Source: a virus
Strand: one strand, 5' to 3'
Length of the DNA: 64,000 bases
Virus record (IMG/VR): IMGVR_UViG_3300009130_000002
Below, piece by piece: positions 54,710 through 64,000 of the stretch (its first letter is position 1; the number at the start of each line of letters is the position of its first letter). The notes beneath the pieces are model-generated. The model was not told the origin of the DNA. It searched no databases and saw nothing but the letters and a program-made list of their open reading frames with translations. A program made the translations under genes and the position numbers.

Positions 54710-57663
54710 GTAACCTGTTTATAGATTTAGAAAATAGAGCGACATTGTTACAAAACAAATTAGATCGTTTAAGTAGAACTCTAAAAAATTCAACAAGCTT
54801 CATGACAAAAGAAGCGTATATGGCTGAATGCGCAAGAGTATTACAGAATTTTTATTCTCAACTAGAGAAGCCATTTTTCAAATATCAAGAAGCGATTAGA
54901 GATAATACTTTATTGCCAATTACAAATTCTGTTCAAGAGGGAAAAGTTGATTACGATTATAACGTAGCCATGGAACAAGTAATAGATAATCTAATGGTTA
55001 TCTTTTTAGAAATGGAAAACTTGGAATCAATTTCTATTGCTAACTTTAACTTTGCAATGACAGAATCAAATCGTTTAACAAATAGGTTAAAGTCTGTTTC
55101 ATCAAAGCTAGGAGACTTTATTTTATATGGTAAAAATACACTTAGTGACGTATTTCTAATTAAGGACAGCTTCAATAATTTGACAAAAGTTGATGTTGAG
55201 AGTCAATTCCTAAATGAAGCAGAGTGCTCTGTTAATCAGGCAGAAGGAATTATCACCCTCCCGGTTCTAATCAATGAAAGCAAGAGTATAACTGTAGAAA
55301 AAACACCTGCCTTAAATGACGATTCAAATGGAGTCTCTGGAAACAACCTTGAAATTGGAAAGGTATTTAATGGAGACATCAAAGTAATTAACGATGGAAA
55401 CCCAGATACATGGTACGAATATGAAAGAGTTGTAGATAAGTCTTCAGAGAATGACCCTCCTTTGGTCTTGGATATGGTCCTAGATCTTGGAAGTGGAAAA
55501 ATCTGCAATCAAGTTATTATAAATCCAAATAATTTTGGAACAAAAACAGTTTTAAAAATAGATGAAATAAGCACATCACTCAATGGAGTAGATTTTATTT
55601 CTATCAAAGATGATATTCCTATTTCTGGTTTTGAAGCTCTTGATGAGGTTAACACCTTTACCTTAGCTCCCTTTACTTCAAAATATGCTGGGCAAGGGAT
55701 CTACACCTTTACACCCAGGAAGTGTAAGTATGTGCATGTTAGATTAAGACAAGACGAACCCTATGTTATACAAACATTAACAGGTGAGAAGCTTAGGTAT
55801 GCTATTGGTATCAGAGACATAGAAATCAAAGCTCTTAAGTTTAAAAACAAAGGAGAGCTTGTCTCTCTGCCTTTAAAATCTCCAGATGAAATCAGAAAGG
55901 TGATGTTAGAGGTAACACAGAACCCGATCACTGATTCAGATTTAACAAATATCAGCTATATGATTTCTCATGACAATGGAATAACTTGGAATCAAATCCA
56001 ACCAAAACATTTAACTGGAGTGTCAGGATTAGTTTCTGTTCCAGAAATTTTAAATTACAACAACTCTGATTTTGATACGATTAAAACAGATACCCCTGTG
56101 ACTTCTTTAAGACTCAAGGTTCAGCTAGAAAGAGAGGATGCAAATTTCATAGAAGGCTCACCCTCCATGTTTCAAAAGACTGCAAGAAAAAGTGAGATTC
56201 AGGGAGTTCCCACTTCTGCCCCCTTTACGATTTCCTTAGATAAGGCCCCTGTTGAAGGGACCGTTGTTCTTGTTGATCCAATGTTTGGAAGCAAGGGACT
56301 AAAAGAATCTTCTTATTATATAAGATACAACCAGTCTCAGTCAGAAGACACATTCATTGGGTTGCCTTTTAAAGATATAAATGTCCCCATGAAAAAGGGA
56401 ACAAATAATATTGTTGAACAACAGAGTGCTGAAGAGTGGTTATTTGTTTATGTCGGAGGTGAGCGATGGCATCAAAGAACAAAGGACTGGGAAGATTATG
56501 ATTCTTCGGATACTATTCTGAATGTATTCGATTTTAATCCAGTCACAGGTGAGTTATCGTTTAGTCCCGATAGCTCTTATGCCTGTGAACAACCACCAGA
56601 AAACGCACCTATCAGCATGCATTTTGGAAGTGAAAGAATATTTCCTTCCTCCACTGTAAACGCACATAAAGCTGAATTGGATTTTCCTACAAGCAATTCA
56701 AAAGCAGATATGATTATCGAAAGACACGAAGGGACGGGCCTTAATACAGAGCAAATTTTGGCAGGAAGTACAAGGCAAATCTTAAAACATCAAAACCTAG
56801 TTAAACTCATAACCGATGGAGTGTTTTTGTTCTCTGCAATACAGGGAGATAATGCAAATCAGTGGACTGAAAAAACATTCATAAACGGGAAAGAGGAATT
56901 CACTCAAGACGCTAAGCAGTTTTCTTTTGATATGAAAAACGGAATACTTCATGGCAGTCAACCTTTTACAAAAGGCTTGACAGTACGATATGACTATTTA
57001 AAAACTGCCACCTTAACAGAAGATCAATGGGATTGGGCTACGGATGACTTGCTAAGAAAAACAATTGTCATAAAAGAAAATGGATGGAAAGATCTAGAAG
57101 ACACCGAAACATTTGAAGGTGATGATTTTGATGGTGGTACTCGAATTAATTTAAAAAATATGGGGATTGTTCGAAATAGTATACATATCGCTGTAGGTGG
57201 TTGGTTCCCAGAAGGTGGGCAGAATTTCAATAATTACTTTTTTAAAGAAGTCACTTTTATTGATGGCAAAACAGAGTTTTTAAATTCAAGTGACAATGGG
57301 CATTATTCTGTGAACTACAAAGAAGGTTGTATACATTTGAATATAGAATTAAATTTTAATGGGAATCTAGAAATATCTTATAGGTATTCAAACTATACAG
57401 CCAGCTATAGAATAGCAAGAGAAGTCGATAGCAAGCACTATGAAGTCGATACGGCCAATCAACAGATCTCAATTAAGGATGGGGAATTTTTCAGATATCT
57501 TGAAACCCCAAAGACAACACAGGCAGGTAGAGCCCCGTTTTATTTGATTAATTACGACTATGTTTCTGAGACAAGAGATGATATACAATCCCTAAGAGAT
57601 TACTTTACACCAGTTGTAAAAGACTATGTTCTTAAGGTGTTAAAGAAGGGAGCATTATTTTAA
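54706..57663 (+). CDS. Baseplate/structural protein, paralogue 2 of a triplet, with internal repeats
   Basis: ATGA overlap. NDGNPDTWY, CNQVIINP, YAIGIRDI; C-terminus TPVVKDYVL; internal repeats TEKTFINGKEEF / KEVTFIDGKTEF. Confidence 0.6.
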   Translation: MSNLFIDLENRATLLQNKLDRLSRTLKNSTSFMTKEAYMAECARVLQNFYSQLEKPFFKYQEAIRDNTLLPITNSVQEGKVDYDYNVAMEQVIDNLMVIFLEMENLESISIANFNFAMTESNRLTNRLKSVSSKLGDFILYGKNTLSDVFLIKDSFNNLTKVDVESQFLNEAECSVNQAEGIITLPVLINESKSITVEKTPALNDDSNGVSGNNLEIGKVFNGDIKVINDGNPDTWYEYERVVDKSSENDPPLVLDMVLDLGSGKICNQVIINPNNFGTKTVLKIDEISTSLNGVDFISIKDDIPISGFEALDEVNTFTLAPFTSKYAGQGIYTFTPRKCKYVHVRLRQDEPYVIQTLTGEKLRYAIGIRDIEIKALKFKNKGELVSLPLKSPDEIRKVMLEVTQNPITDSDLTNISYMISHDNGITWNQIQPKHLTGVSGLVSVPEILNYNNSDFDTIKTDTPVTSLRLKVQLEREDANFIEGSPSMFQKTARKSEIQGVPTSAPFTISLDKAPVEGTVVLVDPMFGSKGLKESSYYIRYNQSQSEDTFIGLPFKDINVPMKKGTNNIVEQQSAEEWLFVYVGGERWHQRTKDWEDYDSSDTILNVFDFNPVTGELSFSPDSSYACEQPPENAPISMHFGSERIFPSSTVNAHKAELDFPTSNSKADMIIERHEGTGLNTEQILAGSTRQILKHQNLVKLITDGVFLFSAIQGDNANQWTEKTFINGKEEFTQDAKQFSFDMKNGILHGSQPFTKGLTVRYDYLKTATLTEDQWDWATDDLLRKTIVIKENGWKDLEDTETFEGDDFDGGTRINLKNMGIVRNSIHIAVGGWFPEGGQNFNNYFFKEVTFIDGKTEFLNSSDNGHYSVNYKEGCIHLNIELNFNGNLEISYRYSNYTASYRIAREVDSKHYEVDTANQQISIKDGEFFRYLETPKTTQAGRAPFYLINYDYVSETRDDIQSLRDYFTPVVKDYVLKVLKKGALF

Positions 57664-59657
57664 TGTCTATAGAATCGACCTATAAGGGCTATCTGCTCGA
57701 AAAATATTTAAAGGAAAGACTCCGCAATGGAGAATTTGTTTCAGCATTTGAAGTTATAGATGAAGCAGAAAAACTAAACTCTTCAATTGATTTCTCTGAG
57801 CCTATTTTTGATTCGGCTACCTATGAGGTTGTTGATGAGGAAGAGGCTTCAGCTAAAAAGTTTAATGAAACATTTGAGATAGTCCAGCAAGATTTAAATG
57901 TTATATATCAAGAAGTCACCTTACTGACAGAGAACGCACTCAGTGTATACGAGCGATGGAAAATTGAGGCTGAAAACCTTGAAAAAGAACTGATTGATAT
58001 GGAGGAGGAAATTGAAAACCTCCTTTTACTATCTCAAGATACGGAAGGTTATCACTCAATTCTTGTAGATAACTTCACAAACTTGCTATCTTCAGATATG
58101 AATAGCACGACTGCAAAGGTAAATATAGAGGCTGGAGTTGTAAGTCTCAAGCCAAACTCTGACGCAACAACTCAGATATTTTTAAATAACATCCCTGAAG
58201 AAAATATTACTTTCAGAGTTAGATCAAGTGTAACATCTAGAAGTGATCTCGCAGGAGCTAAGCTCTCTGATATCTTTAAAGAAACAACCTTTATTTGGCA
58301 TACAGTATTAAAAGCCGAAAGGGTAAAGCCCATTGTCTGTGAGCTTATTGTCAAGCTTGGAGAAGAACCTATCGATATCAATAGAATCCAAATCTTAACT
58401 CATGACTCAGGGAGATCGGGGACTATGAATGTTACCCCTCTCTTTTCTACAGATGATTTAACTTACAATCAATTACCCTGCACAGATTATAGCAGGGATA
58501 TTGCCACACAAGGCAGCTTTTACTTTACAAAAATTAAAGCTAAATACTTGAAATTCATACTGGCTAAGAATGCTCCAGATGCATCTTCTGCAGATGTCTA
58601 TAGATATCAATTCGGATTTAAACAGATAGGTTTGTTTAGTGAAAGCTATGATTCGGGAACTCTGGGTAATCAAAAATTTGAATCTAACTGGCTTAGTGTT
58701 ATAGATGAGAACGGTACAACAGAGTTTGAAAAAGCAACGTTAGAAGTTTGCGAGAGCTTACCTCCGGGAACAAAAATCAATTACTACCTAACAGCAAGTA
58801 ACCTGGCTGATACACCAACAGAATGGTATCCAATTACTCCACTTAACCACGACTCAGATACCACAGAAATTCTTCACCCTAGAATATTTGAAATTGGAGC
58901 AGTTGCAAATCATTCAATAAGTGGTATGAAAGTATATAGTAATAGCGGCACCTATCTTTATAATGATACTGCCGGAACACTCCAGCAGGAAGACGTTGGG
59001 AATGAAGAAATTTATTCCTTTTTAGATTCCAATACTTATGGTATTTTAGATTACTTCCTGTATAATGAAGATAATAATGATAAAAAACCTGTAAAGATTA
59101 ACGAGTCTAGTTTGGTTTTATACAGGGGTGTTAACGACTGGAAGCTTGAAGAGCCCTATCATCACTGTGTGGTAGAAGTCAAAAACGCCAATGGCTCTAC
59201 AGTTCAAATTGGAGATCAATTAGTTTCTATTGATGATAGCCCAGAGGAATCTGGAGAAGTGACCATACCTTATGGTGTTCATAGAGTTCGTGTACATAAA
59301 CAGTACTTTGGAACATTACCAGAATTTGCTAACAGAATCATAGAAACAAGTGTTGATTTTTATGCAGCCAGAAGAATGGAAAAGGTTAGTGTTTTTGATA
59401 TGTTAAACAATGTTACCTCCACAAACTTTGACAAGTTCGCATTAGATGTAACTCTACCACTAACAACAGAGGATGTGGATCAAACTGTTAAAACTGCTTT
59501 CTTGGTAGTAAAGAGTGATGATACCGAAGAGTTGTTCGAAGCAAGATTCAATTTGATTAATGAGTTAAGAAAGTATATCAGACTAAAAGCAGAATTAGAG
59601 ACATCAGATGGAACGGCAAGTCCTTCTTTTGATGGCTATCAAATTAAGCTTGCGTAA
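57663..59657 (+). CDS. Baseplate/structural protein, paralogue 3 of a triplet
   Basis: TAATG coupling. KETTFIW, INRIQI, YQFGFKQI; C-terminus SPSFDGYQIKL. Confidence 0.6.
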   Translation: MSIESTYKGYLLEKYLKERLRNGEFVSAFEVIDEAEKLNSSIDFSEPIFDSATYEVVDEEEASAKKFNETFEIVQQDLNVIYQEVTLLTENALSVYERWKIEAENLEKELIDMEEEIENLLLLSQDTEGYHSILVDNFTNLLSSDMNSTTAKVNIEAGVVSLKPNSDATTQIFLNNIPEENITFRVRSSVTSRSDLAGAKLSDIFKETTFIWHTVLKAERVKPIVCELIVKLGEEPIDINRIQILTHDSGRSGTMNVTPLFSTDDLTYNQLPCTDYSRDIATQGSFYFTKIKAKYLKFILAKNAPDASSADVYRYQFGFKQIGLFSESYDSGTLGNQKFESNWLSVIDENGTTEFEKATLEVCESLPPGTKINYYLTASNLADTPTEWYPITPLNHDSDTTEILHPRIFEIGAVANHSISGMKVYSNSGTYLYNDTAGTLQQEDVGNEEIYSFLDSNTYGILDYFLYNEDNNDKKPVKINESSLVLYRGVNDWKLEEPYHHCVVEVKNANGSTVQIGDQLVSIDDSPEESGEVTIPYGVHRVRVHKQYFGTLPEFANRIIETSVDFYAARRMEKVSVFDMLNNVTSTNFDKFALDVTLPLTTEDVDQTVKTAFLVVKSDDTEELFEARFNLINELRKYIRLKAELETSDGTASPSFDGYQIKLA

Positions 59658-59667
59658 GGAGATATGA

Positions 59668-61356
59668 ATGGAAGCGCCTAATAGCGTAATACTAGTATCA
59701 CAATACAAAACAGTGAGCCCCCGCTCTCCTGCAAATTCAAATTTCATTAATGATCTAGTTGGACAAACTGGAGCAGATTTAAATAATTTAAAAAGTCAAT
59801 TCAATAAGTTATTAACTGGTGTAGAAAAAGGGGTTGATGAAACCATCGCCTGGGGGAATGAAGGGCATGGCCTAGATGCACATTCTCTTTTCTATGACTC
59901 AACTGCAACTACCGGAACTTACTTTGATGCTGCAGCAGGACTACCCAAATCAATTCATGATATTGTGGGTGAAATAGAAACAACAATTACAGAACTACCT
60001 ACCGAAATAAATATCACTGCAGAACAAGTATCTTTTGATACCGTTGGTCTTCCCTCAGCTTATACAGATATGGATCCTGCAAATGTTCAAGAAGTTCTTG
60101 TTAATGTTATCAATTCTATTCCAGAGCTAATAGACGGAGAGTTTACTGCCATAAACTCTAGCATTATTACATGGAATGGTGATATTATTCCAGATCTTGA
60201 TAATACTTATAATATCGGTGCCCCAGAAAAAATTTGGGCAACTGGGCATTTTAATAAGATATTTATTGGTGGAACAGAGGTTTCAGGAGATAGTTTCAAT
60301 ACTGATGCAGCATCAGTTACTTACGATGGCATAGATGCAATCACAAACGAACCTTACAAACATTATCAAGATTCATCAACTCCAACTGTTTCAGTTGTTG
60401 CAAATGTAAAACAAGCTTTAGATCTCTTAGGAGATTTAGATTCAGATCCAGAATTTAATAGAGCAGGGGAAACATTAAAAGGCCCAATGGGCAATATTGT
60501 TACTACTGTTGTAGGCACCCAAGGCATGACGGTTAGCGAATGGCTAACTGCATTGTTCTTCCCATTCGAGCCTGCAGTTCTTGATGTCTGGAATGTTCAT
60601 ACTCCAAAAGAGAAGGGCACAACACTTTTAGATCATACTTGTAACTGGGTTGTTGCTCCGAACGATGGACAGATACTTCAAATAGAAGTAGGTCTAAATA
60701 ACGGATCTTTGTCGGATACTGGAGCTACAGATGCTTCAGGGAGTCATACATTTCCGGGGTCATTTTCTACAAATACAACATTTCAGATTCAAATTACTTG
60801 TGATACGGAAACAGGAATTTTAAGCGACAGTAAAGAGCTACAGTTCTTTGCAAGATTTTTCTATGGCCATTTCCCACAGAGCACAAATAATGGTCAAGCA
60901 TCGGAAGCAGATATTTTAGCAATGGAATACGATGTAGCAGGTGCTTCTGCCTCTGCCAACCTTAGCCCAGGATATGATCCTTCAAAAATTAGTGGTGGGT
61001 TTGAATATAAGTATGGTCCAGAAGAAGCAGAAGGAAACAGTGGTATTGGCCCACAGCATATCTATATAGCAATTCCTACTTCATATCGAATCCATATGGA
61101 AAATTGGGAAGATGGAACATTTTCTGATAACTGGAAATTTGTTAGAGATTTAAGCAATTTCACAACTGTAGATGCAACAGATCCAGCACAAGGATTTATT
61201 CCAATCAATGACTCAAATAAAGGAAACTTTAGCATTAACTTGCCACTCAAAGCAGACCAAGGTCAAACTGAGGAGTATTTGCTCTACTGGTACGATGCGG
61301 CAATAAACTATCAAGTGAATTTCGTTAATCATATATTTGAATTTAAGAGCTTTTAA
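59668..61356 (+). CDS. Tail fibre-associated protein
   Basis: Fibre-type repeats AEQVSFD...NVQEVL and ASVTYD...NVKQALDLL; C-terminal domain shared with the next gene (TVSEWLTALFFPF, RFFYG, HIYIAIP). Confidence 0.6.
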   Translation: MEAPNSVILVSQYKTVSPRSPANSNFINDLVGQTGADLNNLKSQFNKLLTGVEKGVDETIAWGNEGHGLDAHSLFYDSTATTGTYFDAAAGLPKSIHDIVGEIETTITELPTEINITAEQVSFDTVGLPSAYTDMDPANVQEVLVNVINSIPELIDGEFTAINSSIITWNGDIIPDLDNTYNIGAPEKIWATGHFNKIFIGGTEVSGDSFNTDAASVTYDGIDAITNEPYKHYQDSSTPTVSVVANVKQALDLLGDLDSDPEFNRAGETLKGPMGNIVTTVVGTQGMTVSEWLTALFFPFEPAVLDVWNVHTPKEKGTTLLDHTCNWVVAPNDGQILQIEVGLNNGSLSDTGATDASGSHTFPGSFSTNTTFQIQITCDTETGILSDSKELQFFARFFYGHFPQSTNNGQASEADILAMEYDVAGASASANLSPGYDPSKISGGFEYKYGPEEAEGNSGIGPQHIYIAIPTSYRIHMENWEDGTFSDNWKFVRDLSNFTTVDATDPAQGFIPINDSNKGNFSINLPLKADQGQTEEYLLYWYDAAINYQVNFVNHIFEFKSF

Positions 61357-61374
61357 TAGCCAAGGAGAGAAAAA

Positions 61375-62901
61375 ATGGCAATCCCATTAGCAGATAATTA
61401 TAACTTACTAATCGCTGGCCCACTAGACGCCAAGCAAGTTATTAGCAGCAAGGCTGCATTACAGAATATTTCAAGTCCCTACAATGGGCTCATAGTGTTT
61501 ATAGCAGACACGAATACAATCGTATGTTGTTTTGACGCGGCAAATGTTGTTGCCAATAGCCTAGCCGGTGGTGAAATTAACGATGCGGTTTGGAAAACAA
61601 TTCCAATTGCTGGTGGAGATGGAGCTTTCTTGGCACAAGACATTACTTACGATCCAAATGAAGCAAACTTTGCTCATTACGATAACGGAGTTCTTACGGT
61701 TAAAGATGCCTTAGATGTTTTGGGTGATTTAAATTTAGTTTCAGCTACAGGGGATGTTACTCACAGCCCAATACAAAACAGTGTTGCAGCAAACTATGCA
61801 AGCACGACTACGTCAAAAGATGCTCTGGATTATTTGGCTGTAATGCAGGAGTCTCAAGCTGGCTCTATTTCTACGAATGCAACAGATATAGCTACGAACG
61901 CAACTGCAATTTCAAATGTGGATACAGATCAGGTATTCGCTAAGTCTGGTATAGCAATTAAAAATATCCCAACAAGTGGAGAGGTATTTGGAACCCCTAC
62001 AACTGGAACTGTTGGTGAATGGCTTCAAGCTGCTTTCTTCCCGTTTGTTCCTGCAAGCGGTACAAGCACAATGTTACGTGAAGACGGAGCAGACCTAAGC
62101 AACACAACAATAGAGCTAGGAGAAACAGTTAGTGGGACAATTGGTCTGACTGGAACTTGGCAAATGGATAGTGGTGATTCTGTCAGTGATGGTAAAATCT
62201 ACTATGAAGAAGCTGTTATTGGAAACACCAATAATGGAACATTTAGTGGTAGCTACACTCAGGACGCAAATGGAAATGCAAATACAGGAGATTTTACAGT
62301 TCCTGGAGCAGGAGATCCAAAGACAATTACCCTAAGTGATAGAAATTTTGCTGTATCAGAATTTGACGATACAGTTCGCTTTAAAATGTCAGCAGTGTTT
62401 GCAAATAATGGAAGTCCAGCAACAATTGAGACTCCAGTCAGAACTGTAACCTTTAAGGCAAGATCTTTTTGGGGACACACAGCCACTCAAAGTGGTGCAG
62501 GTCTTGCTGCTGAACTTAGAAGCATGCAAGCTACTGGAGGGACTGTTGGTTTGCTTAGTGGAACCGGAACATTTGATACTGTAACAGGACAACATATATA
62601 TATTGGTATTCCCCTTAGAGAGAACAGATATTTACAGCAAATTGTTCAAGCAGGTGGTAACCAAATTGAAGGTTGGGAAATTGTTACAGATCTAGTCAAT
62701 GGCACAGTAAAGGACACTACAAATAATAATGAGGTTCCAAATGGAACAAATGGATATGATGCAAGAAATACAAGTGATACTGTAGACATTCCACTACATG
62801 CAGATGCAAGTAGAACAGAAAAATATATTGTATATCGTAGAGAGGCAACATGGAATGATCCAGTAATTCCATTTGCAGGTTTTACGTTAGTATTTAATTG
62901 A
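61375..62901 (+). CDS. Tail fibre-associated protein
   Basis: N-terminal MAIPLADNY..GPLDA domain, repeat QDITYD...VKDALDVL, short coiled coil, C-terminal TVGEWLQAAFFPF / RSFWG / HIYIGIP. Confidence 0.6.
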   Translation: MAIPLADNYNLLIAGPLDAKQVISSKAALQNISSPYNGLIVFIADTNTIVCCFDAANVVANSLAGGEINDAVWKTIPIAGGDGAFLAQDITYDPNEANFAHYDNGVLTVKDALDVLGDLNLVSATGDVTHSPIQNSVAANYASTTTSKDALDYLAVMQESQAGSISTNATDIATNATAISNVDTDQVFAKSGIAIKNIPTSGEVFGTPTTGTVGEWLQAAFFPFVPASGTSTMLREDGADLSNTTIELGETVSGTIGLTGTWQMDSGDSVSDGKIYYEEAVIGNTNNGTFSGSYTQDANGNANTGDFTVPGAGDPKTITLSDRNFAVSEFDDTVRFKMSAVFANNGSPATIETPVRTVTFKARSFWGHTATQSGAGLAAELRSMQATGGTVGLLSGTGTFDTVTGQHIYIGIPLRENRYLQQIVQAGGNQIEGWEIVTDLVNGTVKDTTNNNEVPNGTNGYDARNTSDTVDIPLHADASRTEKYIVYRREATWNDPVIPFAGFTLVFN

Positions 62902-62916
62902 AAGTAGGAAGTTAAA

Positions 62917-64000
62917 ATGGCAATAGCGATAGCTGATAATTATGTGTGCCTTATAAATTGGCCTCTTGATTCTAGAAATAAAGTGCTCAGTATTGATGAA
63001 ATGAAAACAATGACCTCGCCATTTGATGGGGTAATTACATTTCTCAATACAAATGATGCTAATAGGGGTCTTTATTATCTTGAAGATGCGAACCAGATTG
63101 ATGGTGACGGTATGGACGATGCGACATATCTTGACAGTGTCTGGAAACCGGTAGGATCGGGTGGAGGTGGAGGTGGTAGCGCAAATATCAATAGCGCTCC
63201 CGATGGTTCTTTTGGTTGGTATTCATCTACTGGAACTACAATTAGTGGGCTAGACAAAGAAGCTATGCAGGTCATGGGTGGTTCAGGAAATAACTACATA
63301 AAGATAGGCTATGCTGAAGATGAACTCGCTTTGGATGTTGAAGGTCGCATACAGTTAACGGTCGCAGAAGAAGGCAATCTTGAAGTATTCGGCGTCTACG
63401 ATGGTGACGATAGAAAAGTAATGAAGGTCAAAGGAAACTGCATTGAATTGCATGACTTTCCAGTAGGAGGAGCAGGAAGCATCAAGTGGTATGATGGAAG
63501 TGCAACTCCAGAAACAATCACCTTAACAGCTAGACCAAACTTTGCAAGCTATACATTGACTCTCCCTCCTTTAGGTCCAGCTCAGGGAGAGTACCTAATG
63601 GCTGGGGCAGGAGGAAACCTCGCTTGGGGAACTCCTACGGGATCAGGGAGTGTAACTAATTCTGCTGATGCAAAGCCAATTGCTTACTATGCAAACGCAG
63701 GGGATGTTGTTAGTCCTACAGATGCAGATGCGCTAACAGTAGATGCTGGCGGAAAAGAACTTGTTGTTCGTAAAGATGGGAAGGTCATGTTCATGGATGA
63801 GGCTCATCTTACTGCAACCATGATGACTGGTGATGGAACAGGTAAAATGGGGGTTCTGTTTAAGAACACAGGAACTAACCCAAGCTACTTAGATATTGAA
63901 AAGCTTTCTGGTCCAGATGTCTGCATGAGAATAGAACCAAATGAAACCTTTGTTGGGGACTCAACTAATCCTGCACTACAAATCGGAACAGGTGGTCTAC
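62917..64000 (+). CDS. Tail fibre protein, 3'-truncated (missing from the ORF track)
   Basis: My translation from ATG 62917 is open to the window end: MAIAIADNYVCLINWPLDSRNKVLSID...GSGGGGGGS...SYTLTLPPLGPAQGEYLMAGAGGNLAWGTP, a typical fibre motif. RBS AGGA upstream. Confidence 0.75.
   Translation, partial: MAIAIADNYVCLINWPLDSRNKVLSIDEMKTMTSPFDGVITFLNTNDANRGLYYLEDANQIDGDGMDDATYLDSVWKPVGSGGGGGGSANINSAPDGSFGWYSSTGTTISGLDKEAMQVMGGSGNNYIKIGYAEDELALDVEGRIQLTVAEEGNLEVFGVYDGDDRKVMKVKGNCIELHDFPVGGAGSIKWYDGSATPETITLTARPNFASYTLTLPPLGPAQGEYLMAGAGGNLAWGTPTGSGSVTNSADAKPIAYYANAGDVVSPTDADALTVDAGGKELVVRKDGKVMFMDEAHLTATMMTGDGTGKMGVLFKNTGTNPSYLDIEKLSGPDVCMRIEPNETFVGDSTNPALQIGTGGL

Noticed and set aside
63160-63180. 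GGT/GGA repeat
   Set aside because: Simply encodes a GSGGGGGGS linker in the fibre protein.
1-64000. Stop-codon reassignment (TAG or TGA recoding, known in some large phages)
   Set aside because: TAG (710, 14246, 22039, 22952, 39602, 41629, 52801) and TGA (54709, 62901) end genes right before the next RBS/start, and very long ORFs are uninterrupted in the standard code.
1-64000. CRISPR arrays, tRNAs, rRNA, IS elements
   Set aside because: The window is almost fully coding and the largest gap is about 140 bp. No spaced direct repeats, cloverleafs or transposase motifs were seen.

Overview
This window is the virion-morphogenesis module of a large (probably jumbo-class) tailed phage with a contractile tail. 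About 40 tightly packed CDS lie on the + strand in the standard genetic code, many translationally coupled. Order: two Gly-zipper proteins; terminase large subunit; three unknowns; portal fused to a degenerate MuF domain; prohead protease/scaffold; capsid decoration protein; HK97-type major capsid protein with a terminator; Ig-like and neck proteins; tail terminator; sheath; three tube-fold paralogues; two paralogous tail chaperones; a 1302-aa tape-measure-like protein; a 1955-aa protein; a 2143-aa baseplate hub with an M23 peptidase; spike, gp25, J and wedge proteins; a block of large baseplate and fibre proteins running off the end. The main discovery is the 1955-aa tail-module protein (26862..32729). 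It carries the ordered motifs of a two-barrel RNA polymerase beta'-type barrel (R-I-P-G-S, R-H-P, D-Y-D-F-D) plus a candidate beta-type K..HG..K motif, so it is a candidate single-chain virion-packaged RNA polymerase in a myophage. Secondary signals: hydrophobic-X-Asp sites tiling the scaffold (possible Asp-specific prohead protease), a beta-module reused across capsid, sheath and baseplate proteins, an apparently split Ig domain across two neck genes, an RBS-occluding hairpin after the tube gene, and an ATTAGA repeat/inverted-repeat cluster at the head-operon promoter. All assignments come from reading motifs by eye; no database searches were run.
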